A stretch of 63,846 bases of DNA, the filler included, from Octopus bimaculoides (lineage: Eukaryota), in assembly GCF_001194135.2 (NCBI RefSeq). It is 6 parts of 6 records of this genome, joined end to end, with 100 filler letters (N's around TTAATTAATTAA, not from the genome) between each part and the next. Parts side by side here need not be neighbours in the genome. Positions count along the whole stretch, not along the records: positions 25,749 to 53,665 come from NC_068994.1; positions 53,766 to 63,846 come from NC_068996.1; 4 more parts are not named here. One strand, written 5' to 3'. Position 1 is the stretch's first letter. Every line of letters begins with the position of its first letter. A program made the position numbers and the translations under genes. Shown here one piece after another: positions 49,276 through 61,672 of this stretch. Under the pieces are notes generated by a model, which was not told the DNA's origin, did no database searches, and was given only the letters and a program-made list of their open reading frames with translations.

Positions 49276-50631
49276 AATTAAAACGAATTACAAAGTCACA
49301 AGGATTGATTTTAATTAATTTGTATTATTCTAAATANNNNNNNNNNNNNNNNNNNNNNNNNNNNNNNNNNNNNNNNNNNNNNNNNNNNNNNNNNNNNNNN
49401 NNNNNNNNNNNNNNNNNNNNNNNNNNNNNNNNNNNNNNNNNNNNNNNNNNNNNNNNNNNNNNNNNNNNNNNNNNNNNNNNNNNNNNNNNNNNNNNNNNNN
49501 NNNNNNNNNNNNNNNNNNNNNNNNNNNNNNNNNNNNNNNNNNNNNNNNNNNNNNNNNNNNNNNNNTGTTGTTGTTGGAGTTTGCTTTTTCGTGAATATCG
49601 GTTGTTTTTCCTTCTCTATTATTTCTGGCCTTCAAATCGTGACTTTTTTTGCAGCAAAACAACTGATGTCTGTAAATTTCGACATTTGACTAAAATAATT
49701 TTGTAAAAATTTATAAATTTATGTCTCACCAATCATTTCGTGTAACACATTCGTTAGTCAAGGATGTACAAATATTCGTTCATGCCAATTCCGCTTTACC
49801 ATCGATGTATTGACCACTCTCTCTATATGACTTATCTTCTTCTCGTTCTATAATTCCTTCTCTTTTTCTTCCACGTCCTTCCTTTCCTTCCCATTCCTCT
49901 ATAATTTCGAGGGATTTTGGCTAAACTACGGTTCTCATTAGTTACTCTCATTGAATTATAATCAGCTGATTCTCTATTGATTAAAGCTAATATTCTATTA
50001 GTTCTGTAATAATTAACCGAAGCACTTTTATTAGGATTAATCAATTAAAAGAGTGTATAAGTAACGCTGGATTTTACTAACCAGGCTAATCCTTGTTGTA
50101 GATAACTTCAAAACAATATTTCAGTATAAATGGTCCTTTTATGAACAGGGTCGGAAGAAATGTAAATGATCCTTTTATGTAACATGTTTTGATAGAGTCA
50201 AGTGTCACGCTTGGTGCCTGTTATTCGCCAGCATATAAGAATGCTAGGCCATTACTAGCTTTGATGAATGAGGCTGCTAAGTTTAATGACATCGCTGGAA
50301 TAGAAACGCCTTTAACTGTTCTTTAATTTACAACATCACCCTGCTATCAATCCTCGTGGATTGACGGATTGTGGTCGGAACCACTTGATGTTTCTTAGAT
50401 GTTGTTAATTCTGATTAGAAATTTCACTTGTTGATGATCAGTTGATTAATGTCCCTGATCGCTTGTTTATTTGGTTAGCCAGCCTGATGAGTTGAAAGTT
50501 GCGTAACATATTATGCAATCTTAGGATTGTTGTACATACTGCATATCAAACTGCATAATGTTTACGTCAAAATAAACTCTTGACAAAATAATTGTAGCAA
50601 TATCACACAACCCATTCGTCTGCTCTTATTA

Positions 50632-50676
<45 letters not shown>

Positions 50677-52329
50677 CATACATACATACATACATACAGT
50701 AATCCCTCGTCATATTACGGTTCACCTATCGCGCACTCAGTACATCGCGGATTTTTCTGTCTAATATATGTAAATTTATATCGCGGTCTCCTTCGTATAT
50801 CGCGGGTTTCTACGGCCGATAGGTATTTATATTTTTTTAGATTTTAATTATTTCTGTGGGAGGTTTTCGAACGTAAAACCCGCGATAGTCGAGGGTTTAC
50901 AAAGGCACATGCGTACACATGCATTTGCATGTGTGCGCATGTGCCTCTGTGCTAGTTCCTCACCGCTTGACACCCGGTGTAGGTTTGTTAACGTCCCCGT
51001 AACCTACGGTTCGACAAAAGGATTCTGATATAGTAAAGTACCAGTCTTAAAAGACAAAAACATCATAAGTACTTGAGGGTTGATTTGCTCAACTAAACCT
51101 TACAGGGCGATGCTCCAGCAAAGCTGCAGTCCAATGAATAGAACAAGTAAAAGACTACAAAGACTATTGCTGTTGTTTCCTTTTCATTTTTCCTTTATTT
51201 TTATTATCAAAGTATATGTTGCTTAGTTTTGCAAATCCAGATATGTATGTGTGGAATTTGTTGAGTTTGCTTTATTATTCCATTATTCCGTTGTATAAGC
51301 TTAGCAATACTGATCAGTTATCGATGATCTACGAGCAAAAAAAAAAAAAAATTAATATTTTGTTGTTGGGTTTTTGCATTTTTTTGGTTTTGTTTCGGTG
51401 GGGGTTGCATCCATAATCGTATTTCAATCAAATCTCAATGGATAACATCTTTCAATAATACGAAAAAAAAAAACCCTTCCAGATCCTTGCTGTGTGTGAA
51501 TATGCGTCTACGTATTTGTTGTGTGGTTTTGCATTTTTTTCTTTTTTCAAAATTGTTGTTTTTGTGTCGTGGGTTTATTTTTCCTGTCATTTGACATTTA
51601 GATCCACCATCCATCAAAACAGACACCCATGCTTAGCGCATAATTTCTTTTAATGTAGTGTCACGACATTTTTTTTTCTCTCTCTCTTCTTTCACACAAA
51701 CCTTAAGATCAAGAGATCCATAACACAGTCAGCTCTAAAGTCTAACAATACCGGAGATATCTAACGCGTGCCTTTGCTTTCTCTGCGCTTCAGCACAAGA
51801 AATAGAGTCATATCACAGTTCCTTGAACTAATATTAATTTTTATCTTCTGTATCCCCTTTTGTTATATTATCAGCTCAACATCACGAATTCCCTATATAC
51901 GTACGCTCTCACACCATATATGATAAGAAAAAAACAATAGTCTAGCATTCAATGTAATTTATTGCATAACGCTAACGACCTTATATTAATTTAACACTAG
52001 CATTCAAATCAACATCAATACTTTGAATCTGGGAACCGGATATCTCCGCTCAAAATTTATTTACCATTAACTGCGGAAAGCGGTTTTACCCAACGGCTTT
52101 GAAAAGAAACCTCTCTAACGTTGCGAGAGACGGAAACGCCCTCTGTGACACTACTTACAGAAGACAATTTTTTTCAGATTAAAAATTTTTTTTCATATAT
52201 TTCACCAAATATCTCTTTACAGAGCAACAATCAAATACTTTTAATGGTGATGAAACTTGTACATACAGGAGATACTGAAAAAAGCATTGCAGAAGCAGAA
52301 AATCGTATTTTTGGTGGATAATTATTAAC

Positions 52330-52693
52330 ATATATATATCGGATTCCCTTGAGTCGTCTCGGTGGCGTCTTGAAATTTCCTCCCTTTCACGTAGGATCTG
52401 ATGTTTGCTTTGGTTTCAGTGTCATAGCCATAGACCCCAACGAGTCATCACCTCTTATGACCGTTTTCAACAACTTTTCGTTTTTCTCGACTCAATCAAG
52501 ATCCTGCACATCTGAATCCAGATCTCCTTTTTGAGACGACCACACTCTACACACTTTACTCCAAAGCGCTGCTATAAAGAACAGAAGTGAAAGAGAACGT
52601 TACAACTAAGTCTGCCAAGCAGCTTCACTCTGTGTACTTTAGCTCCGTTACCATAGCAACAGTCCTAGTACTTCCTTTTTTTATCAGACGTCG
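52330..52693 (-). mobile_element. Mariner remnant (5' TIR, UTR and deleted transposase)
   Basis: TA|cgacgtctgataaaaa terminus; frameshifted LLKTVIRGDDS/VYGYDTETK, corresponding to ITGDESWVYGYD. Confidence 0.75.
52647..52660. promoter_or_regulatory. RFX X-box-like motif GTTACCATAGCAAC inside the mariner UTR
   Basis: Fits the 14-bp X-box consensus; function untested. Confidence 0.45.
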
Positions 52694-52721
52694 TATTATT
52701 TACCTGTCTATATATCTATGT

Positions 52722-53112
52722 GGAGACGCAATGGCCCATTGGTTAGGGCAGCGGACTCGCGGTCATAGGATCGCGGTTTCGATTCCCAGACCGGGCGTTG
52801 TGAGTGTTTATTGAGCGAAAACACCGAAAGCTCCACGAAGCTCCACGAGGCTCTGGCAGAGGATGGTGGCGAACCCTGCTGTACTCTTTCACCACAACTT
52901 TCTCTCACTCTTACTTCCTGTTTCTGTTGTGCCTGTATTTCAAAGGGCCAGCCTTGTTACACTCTGTGTCACGCTGAATATCCCCGAGAACTACGTTAAG
53001 GGTACAGGTGTCTGTGGAATGCTCAGCCACTTGCACGTTAATTTCACGAGCAGGCTGTTCCGTTGATCGGATCAACTGGAACCCTCGACGTCGTAAGCGA
53101 CGGAGTGCCAAC
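52722..53112 (+). mobile_element. SINE family C, full length
   Basis: Pol III A and B boxes; flanked by tatatctat repeats (possible TSD); partial copies at 45455-45572 and 57795-58085. Confidence 0.9.
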
Positions 53113-54080
53113 AGCATATATCTATCTAACCCTGTATATATCTGTCCACCTATCTACATGTTTATCTTTGTATATGCCTGTATGCGTGTGAAATATATAT
53201 ATGTGTGTGTGTGTGTGTACGTGTGTGTGCGTGCGTGTGTGTGTGTTTGGATATAATATGTTTATGAGGATGGAGGGTTCTTTTATAATCATTATTCCTT
53301 TTGATCGTATATATTATAAAGAAATTTTAATTTTGCCATCATTTTGTCCGATTTTGTCATTATTAATTTTTCGATATTTTATAATTGTTTAATTGTATGT
53401 TTAGAGGCATTGGTATATACTTGTGTTTATATGTATGGCGTATTTTGTGTGTGTGTGTGTGTGTGTGCAAGAACGAGAATATGCGTAAATTTATATATAT
53501 ATATATATATATATATATGAATGTATGTGTGCGTGTCTGTCTGTGTGTGAGTGTATGTGTGCATACATATACATAATGTTAGGTAGAAAGGCAAACTGAT
53601 TCATAATATAGAGTGATAATTTGCAAATAGAATAATAGACAAATGTAGGCATTTATATATATATANNNNNNNNNNNNNNNNNNNNNNNNNNNNNNNNNNN
53701 NNNNNNNNNTTAATTAATTAANNNNNNNNNNNNNNNNNNNNNNNNNNNNNNNNNNNNNNNNNNNNCTCTCCTTACTCTTTTACTCTTTTACTTGTTTCAG
53801 TCATTTGACTGCGGCCATGCTGGAGCACCGCTTTGTAAGCCTAGTACTTATTCTATCGGTCTCTTTTGCCGAACCGCTAAGTTCCGGGGACGTAAACACA
53901 CTAGCATCGGTTGTCAAGCGATGTTGGGGGGAACAAACACAGACACACAAACACATACACACACATACATATATATATATATATTATTTGTAAAGAATAA
54001 AAAGTTTAGGAAGGTATAACAATGCACTATAGAACAAAAAATGGACTGTATACCTGTTGTAACTTGGTAAACTATAGTCC

Positions 54081-54116
54081 GATGATATTTCGGAATTAGA
54101 ATTCCTTCTTCAGATC
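54081..54116 (-). ncRNA. Canonical minimal type-I hammerhead ribozyme
   Basis: GAT-CTGAAGA-A-GGAAT-TCTA-ATTCC-GAA-ATAT-C-ATC: complete core, G10.1-C11.1, 5-bp stem II, palindromic ATAT stem III, AUC site, 3-bp stem I. Confidence 0.8.
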
Positions 54117-54609
54117 TTATTTGCTGGAGTCTCTGCTATAAACTGTTTTCCAACGGTTTTTCTTTTTTCTGAAGCGTCTCAGTAGTGGTCTCACGAAGCT
54201 TCTTCTGGAATTTCTCATGAGTGTTTTTTCTACCAGTAATTACAAATTGAACAGGTTGGATTGCTTATTTTCAAGGCAGCGCTCTCAGTGGTTAGTGGCC
54301 ACTGGTAGTAGTAAACACATTTGACCTCTGTTGACCCAAAGGGTTCGAAAATTCCTTTGTTTCTATGGCTGACCTGCCGAATCTATTTATAGACTTGTAG
54401 AATATGATCTATTTACCAAACTGCTACCCAACTGGTTCTTCAAACAATGGTAGTGGTGGTGATGGTGATAATGATAAAAATGAAAATAATAATATGTTGC
54501 AGCTGCTAATGCTAAATACTACTAATACTACAATAATAATACTACAACTACTACTATTATGATAGCACAGGAATCTGAGGCCCAACTACCACCCTTACCA
54601 CTACCCCCA

Positions 54610-54888
54610 CCTAATGTTTCCAAAGGTGAATTATTCAAACCCAAAGAATTCTTCTCAAGATATGGTTATGATGCTCCCCACTAATGCTACTCTTGATCAG
54701 AGACGCACATATCGCGAGCCACCAAGGGACATGCTCAACTGGTTAAGGTCAAACAACTGACAAGCAAATCTGTGGTATTTAGCAGAATATTTGCTGTAGC
54801 CCAACTTTTATACCAAGACAAAACAATGCACATGATAACACTTCCAATCCGTTAAGATCAGAAGCCATGAGAGCCACTGCCTGATAAT
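54610..54888 (-). mobile_element. Further interspersed SINE-like repeat
   Basis: Recognised only from memory as a common octopus-type repeat; no second copy in the window. Confidence 0.4.
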
Positions 54889-54929
54889 GCATCTTGGATT
54901 TCTTTAGACACCTGGAGACTTTCCTAAAA

Positions 54930-55860
54930 ACATGTACATGATAACGTTAATCAAAATAACTCACCTGGATGACCACAAATTATATACAATAAAAAAAATT
55001 AAAATGGCCCAGATTCTCTAATCCATACAGTAAGAGTATTTAGCAAAGATATTAGAATGCAGTTTCGGGTAAATAATTATGAAATGGTGGTTATAAAGAG
55101 AAACCGGAAACGAACTCTGTGGGTATGAAATTACCACACGACAGTATTAGATCGCTATTGGATAATGCGGGATGCAAATATCTAGAGATGCTGCAAAACA
55201 ATTAAGCAATGGAAGGAGAAATGAGATAGAAATTCTTCTAAGAGTACAAGAATTAAGAAGGGGATCGAAACAAAATTAAATGAAGGAAGTATAATTAATC
55301 CAGTTAATACATGGGCTATTTTAGTATTAAGGCACTCTACTCCCTTTCTAAAATGGATAAAGATGGAGCTACAGAACTTGGGTAGAAGAGCTAGAAAGCT
55401 GCTCATAATGCACAGTGCATGCTACTCTAAAAGTAGTACCGATAAGTTCCACCTCCTAAGAATGGAAAGAGGAAGAGGATTGCTATACTCAGTAGTCATC
55501 TTCATCACTGCAATATTGGGGTTGAAAATTACGTTTTGTGGGGTGAAGAAAGAATACTATGGACAACTAGAGATGTCCAAAAAATTAATGAAACAGTAGA
55601 ATTCAAGAAGAGAAGGGGGGTACGACAGAACATTTAGATGGAAAGAAATAGAATTACATGGCCAATATATGCAATAAACGAAGGTGCTTGAAGCAAAGAA
55701 CATTGGCTGTGGCTGATGAACGGAAACTTGAAACAAAAAACCGAAGCGCTGATTAAATCATTAGACTGAATCTAGTAGAGGCAAAGATCGACAAAAATCT
55801 AGAATCTGGAAAGAAGACAAAAGTATTAACCATCTCTTGAGGGAAAAGTTCAATTCTGTA
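54930..55860 (+). mobile_element. Degenerate R4/Dong-like RT fragment
   Basis: LIHTVRVFSKDIRMQF...KYL...VNTWAILVLRHS...MERGRGL...WLWLMNGNLKQKTE, homologous to 4850-6136. Confidence 0.8.
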
Positions 55861-56280
55861 TTATTCAAGAATCAACGTCATCAACGACGGCATACTATGA
55901 CCTCTGCACAGAAGGTATTGGCAGCATACGAACCGATTCCACCAAAAGCAAAGAAGCAGATGCTTCAATGTGTTCAGACGAAAATTGGATGAAGGCTCGA
56001 TGGTTAGGCAGTAACATACAACGGTCGCCAGGCTGTTAGACAGCAATATACAAAGCACCCCATGATGCTAACCGGAAACATAGACTTGCCTAAGCTGCAA
56101 GGCCACTGACTTGTTCCTGTAAATGCTTCTCATTCGTTTGGAATGGTGCCGACCACCATGACTTCCGTGATATCTAATACCATTGCAGTGACATCGTCTC
56201 TTTATATGTTGACACTGATCTCTCTCTCGCGTGTCAATTTGACAGGAATACCCTTCAACACTTCCATTATTCGAAGCAGT

Positions 56281-56489
56281 GGGCGGCGAGCTGGTAGAAT
56301 CGTTAGCACGCCGGGTATTTCGTCTACCATTACATTCTGAGTTCAAATTCCGCCTAGGTCGACTTTGCCTTTCATCCTTTCGGGGTCGATTAAATAAATA
56401 CCAGTTACGCATTGGAGTCGATGTAATCGACTTAATCCCTTTGTTTGTCCCCTCTAAGTTTAGCCCCCTGTGGGCAATAAAGAAATAAA
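56281..56489 (+). mobile_element. SINE family A with 11-bp TSD
   Basis: tattcgaagca at 56268-56278 and 56490-56500. Confidence 0.9.
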
Positions 56490-56499
56490 TATTCGAAGC

Positions 56500-57790
56500 A
56501 ATGCCTCGAATCAATAAGAGAAGAGCTGAAATATGTCAGCTTTAATAGACCAAGGTGTGATCTGAAATGGTTCCAACAGGTTGGCGTTTTGTCGGCGAGA
56601 ATAAACCGCTGGTCACTGAAGTTATCCAGCCCATGAAAAAAACGAAACCTATGATGCTGCGTTATAACAGAACCGACCGCATGCAAAACATAAGCTTCCG
56701 CAAAAGAAAGAAAGAAAGAAAGCAACGCAACAGATGACAAATACAATAAGTGAGCCCTCAAAATACGGTGAAAAATATTACTGGACTAACTAAAAAAGAT
56801 ACAAAAAAGACGATGCAGTAAATGGAAAACAGACACAAAGAACAAAAACCCATGAAGATAACAAAGACTATAAAAGTCCTTGTGAAAAAGCTCAACGAAA
56901 TGCACAGCTAAATGCAGAAATAAATGTTTACCTCCACACAAAAGAGCAAACAATTTTTGTTTTTTGTTTTTTTTTTATAGGCGTAGGAGTGGCTGTTCCA
57001 TCCCACTGCGTGGCACCTTGGGCGAGTGTCTTCTACTATAGCCTCGGGCCGACCAAAGCCTTGTGAGTGGATTTGGTAGACGGAAACTGAAAGAAGCCCG
57101 TCGTATATATGTATATAAATATATGTGTTTGTGTGTCTGTGTTTGACCCCCAACATCGCTTGACAACCGATGCTGGTGTGTTTACGTGCCCGTAACTTAG
57201 CGGTTCGGCAATAGAGAGCGATAGAATAAGTACTAGGCTTACAAAGAATAGGTCCTGGGGTCGATATGCTCGACTAAAAGCGGTGCTCCAACACGGCCAC
57301 AGTCAAATGACTGAAACAAGTAAAAGAGTAAAAGAGTAAAAGAGTAACAGAACAGTCACTGTTAACATTGAAAAGTACTTGACAGAAGCGATAAATAAAA
57401 CAGAAGAGAATATAACCGAGACAATGAATACGGATCTATGTAAACACCTGCTCGAACTACACAATAAACAAGTAACTCTTTTACAATAGAAGAAATAAGT
57501 GAAATAGAATCCAGCGAAAAATATTGTCCAAGAAAACAATCTACCTGAACGTTGACAAGCTGAATGATCTGATCAATTCAGTACAGGTGGTAGTATAGAG
57601 AGAAGCTTAGTTTCAATCTGATCAATTCAGTGCAGGTGGTACAAAACTAAGTTTAAATTTTAACAGAGTCGATCATTCAGTCAAACAACATACTCAAAAT
57701 GGATGGAAATTAAATGTATTTCATAAAATAGATTAGAAATGAAGACTCCAAAGCTTATTAAGTGAAATAGTAAAAGAAGATACGGAACTG
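56500..57790 (+). mobile_element. Highly decayed LINE ORF2-like tract split by SINEs
   Basis: A-rich sense strand and an FTIEEI motif near 57480. Confidence 0.4.
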
Positions 57791-58279
57791 GAACTCCGTC
57801 GGTTAGGACAACGAGGGTTCCAGCTGATCCAATCAACGGAACAGCCTGCTAGTGAAATTAATGTACAAGTGGCTGAGCATTCCACAGATACGTGTACCCT
57901 TGACGTAGTTCCCGTTGAGATTCAGCATGACACAGAATGTGACAAGGGTGGCCCTTTGAATTACAGGTACAACTTGTTTTTGCCAGCTGAGTGGACTGGA
58001 GCAACGGGAAATAAAGGGTCTTGCTCAAGATACAATGCGCCGCCGGGAATCGAACTCACAGTTGTGACCCAAATACTCCAACCGCAAAGCTATACACCTT
58101 CACTATACATAGATATATTTACATACATACATCGGTTGTCAAGCGATGGTGGGGAGGAGGACATATATATATATATAACTTCCGGTCAGCCATTGTTATG
58201 ATCGGCCATTATTATGATTGACCGTTGACTGAACACTATTCAATTTTTTTTCTCCGTGTTTTTCTCCTTGTCTCCGTAT

Positions 58280-58316
58280 TCTTTCTGTTGAAGAGCGTAG
58301 CTCGAAACGTCAAAAA
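58280..58316 (+). ncRNA. Family D hammerhead-like motif (A6U)
   Basis: TCTTT-CTGTTGA-A-GAGC-GTA-GCTC-GAA-ACGT-C-AAAAA. Confidence 0.6.
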
Positions 58317-58786
58317 CTTTCCGTATTCCCGAGCGTCATACTAATATATACTTTTGTTATTTACACCACCTGTCCTCGTCTGTTGTTATTATTTGTATAT
58401 TCTCCCATATATATATATATATATATATATACGATGGACTTCTTTCAATTTTCGTCTATCAAATCCACTCACAAGGCTTTGGACGGCCAGAGGCTATAAT
58501 AGAAGACACTTTCCCAAGGTGCCATGCAGTGGGACTGAACCTGGAATCATGTACTTGGTAAACAAGTTACTTACCACACAGCCACTCCTGCACCTATATA
58601 TATAGGTGTTTGCATGTATATATACATGCAAACACACTCGAGAAAACGCACGTAGACATACAGTCACACAAGATACACAGACACATACACACACAGACGT
58701 ACATGTACATATGCATATATGTGTGTGTGTATACGTTTACATGCATACACACACACATCACATACAGGCGCATTATAGACACACAC

Positions 58787-58833
<47 letters not shown>

Positions 58834-58856
58834 GTTACACACATATACACCGGCAG

Positions 58857-58895
<39 letters not shown>

Positions 58896-59023
58896 CAGAC
58901 ATATATTACATATTAATGTACATACATATACATACATATGCATATATTTATCGACATCGCCCTGATTGACCGCTAAATCCACAAGTTTTTTTTTTTATTC
59001 TCTCTGTTTATTTCCTTATGTTC

Positions 59024-59059
59024 CTTTCTGGTAAAGAGCGTAGGCTCGAAACGTAAAAG
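59024..59059 (+). ncRNA. Family D hammerhead-like motif (more degenerate core)
   Basis: CTTT-CTGGTAA-A-GAGC-GTAG-GCTC-GAA-ACGT-A-AAAG. Confidence 0.45.
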
Positions 59060-60285
59060 ACTTTCTCACCTAGCCGAGCGTCAAACTAATATACCTGCTT
59101 GTTGGTCCCACACCTGTCTTCGTCTTTTATTCATCTATATATTTCAACTTTATACACATATACCTGCATAACTACATATACATATATATATATACATATA
59201 TACTTACATACATACATGCATACATGCATACACACATACATACATACATACATATATTCAAACATACATACATACGGACATACATACATGCATACATACA
59301 CATATACACACATACATACATACTTTCATACATTCATACTTACACACACACATACATACATACATGCATGCATACATACATACATACATACATACATACA
59401 TACATACACATACACACATACACATACACACATACACACATACATTCATACACACATACACACATACATACATACATACATACATACATACATGCATATA
59501 TACATGCATACACATACATAGATACATACATATAATCATACATATATACATACATATGTGCATGCATGCATGCATACACACCAGTGATGTGCCGCCTAGG
59601 TAAGCAAAGTAGGTAGTGCCTACCTTGAATGAAATAGATCGATAGTAACATTTTCTTTTTATGGCAAATATGCGCCTAATTCAATAAAATTATGAAGGTT
59701 ACTCTGATTACTATGCATAAAATGCAAAATAATTTATTTTTTCATAGATTAGGTAGGCATAATTCGCCCCTGCTTTTCCATCTCAGTATTTAAGCTACGC
59801 ATAGTACTGCTGTAGTACACGTGCCGCGTACATTCCTACAACAGTGTTTACTTTATGTGCAATAAAGGCAGAAATACATCTGCTTTCAACTCAGTTACTT
59901 ATTTTTTTGTGTGTTTTACTACATAAACGTCACCAACTGCCTACCCTGTATAATTACTAACGGCACGTGCCTGATACATACATACATACATACATACATG
60001 CATACATACATTTATACATACATACACACGCATACACAATTACCTACATACACACAAACATACATAGTTACATACATAGATGCACATAAAAATTATATGC
60101 GTATGTGTGTGCGTGTGTGTGTGTGCATACAGGCACGCACACATACATCTACATATAGACATATAGACTTAAATACACACACACACACATACATACATAC
60201 ATACATACATACATACATACATACACACATACATACATACATACATACATACATACATACATACATACATACATACATACATACA

Positions 60286-61180
60286 AAGATATGCTATTGT
60301 AGCTAGTACACTGTATACCGAGATCCGACGAAAAGATAACTCCGTGGAGAAAAAAATAAGAACTCACAGTATGGTAGAAGACATAGCCACACATAATAAA
60401 AAGGAATACTGGTGGAATGTCCCAGTGAAGACTTCAATAAAATATAAGCACAACAAACCTTATATAATGATTTAGGATAGAGAAGAGAAACTGTGCACAG
60501 TTGTGGAAATTAGCTGCCCAGCGGTTGTTAACATAAAGCTGAAAATCAATGAGGAAGAGAACACCTATGCTGAACTATTGAGTAATCTGCAGTTTCTCTA
60601 TCCAGATTAGAAGTTCAGGTGTATACCTGTAATTATTGGGGCCCCAGGATATGTAACAATCAGCATAAATACCAATCATGAGAAATTAGGCATCTGAAAA
60701 CCAGAAAGAAGGAAGCTAATTCGAAGACCACAGATCCAATCCATCATTGGAACTGTGAAAAATCTTTAAAACTTTCCAGAAGTTAGTCATTTAAGTATAT
60801 ATGGACATGTCTAGATATGCAATTATATGCATGAGAATACAGACATAAAACAAAACATATAAGTCTGTACGTATACATACATACAAAATTACCCTGTTGA
60901 TGTTGTTGAAATTCCAATGAAGGACCCTTGGATCTAGGTTAGAAACTGGCTCTTTATTGGCAAGAAATCTTGAAACCAAAAACTGAATAATGATGTACAT
61001 ACATATATACATACATACATACATACATACATACATACATACATACATACATACATACATGCATGCATACATACATCCATGCATACATACATACATATAT
61101 ACATACATACATACTTTCATACATACATACATACATACATACATACATACATACATACATACATACATACATACATACAT
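60286..61180 (+). mobile_element. R4/Dong-like RLE retrotransposon 3' portion embedded in (CATA)n
   Basis: RYAIVASTLY...EYWWNVPVKTSIKYKHNKPYIMI*DREEKLCTVVEISCP...IPVIIGAPG...GTVK, then a UTR to about 60995; (CATA)n at 60189-60285 and 60996-61180. Confidence 0.88.
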
Positions 61181-61496
61181 AGGACAGCAACTCAGTGAGG
61201 GAGGAGCAAAAATGATAATGAAGGGAAAAGGCGCGTAGGACGTTGGTAAGAAATGCAAAGCAGAAATAATGAGAGACAAGCAAAGATAGCGAGTGGGGGA
61301 AAGCAGAACCGGAAGGCGACCCCTGTTGCACTCTTTCGCCCCAACTTTTTCTCACTCTTTCTTCCTGTTTCTTGAGTAACGCTGCAATGGACTGGCGTCC
61401 CGACCAGCTGGGGGGGAACACGTACGCCATAGAAACCGGGAAACCGGGCCCATGAGCCTGGCTAGGCTTTGAAAGGGCGCAATTCAATTCAATTCA

Positions 61497-61598
61497 CTGT
61501 CTGTCTGAGGTCCTTGACAAATAGTGCAAACCCCCGGTAGACACATTATCTTCAATCTACAACATCACGATATTGGATACTGTGCGACGGCTTATATG

Positions 61599-61672
<74 letters not shown>
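61497..61672 (+). mobile_element. R4-like 3' UTR stub with perfect (TAA)n tail
   Basis: tctgtctgaggtccttg is shared with the stop region of the 4850-6136 element; (TAA)n at 61600-61672. Confidence 0.55.

Noticed and set aside
52647-52660. Promoter of a ciliary host gene
   Set aside because: The X-box lies within a mariner UTR and no first exon was found nearby.
55710-55730. ctgatgaacggaaac as a hammerhead
   Set aside because: Falls in the R4 coding frame (WLMNGNLK) and has no stems.
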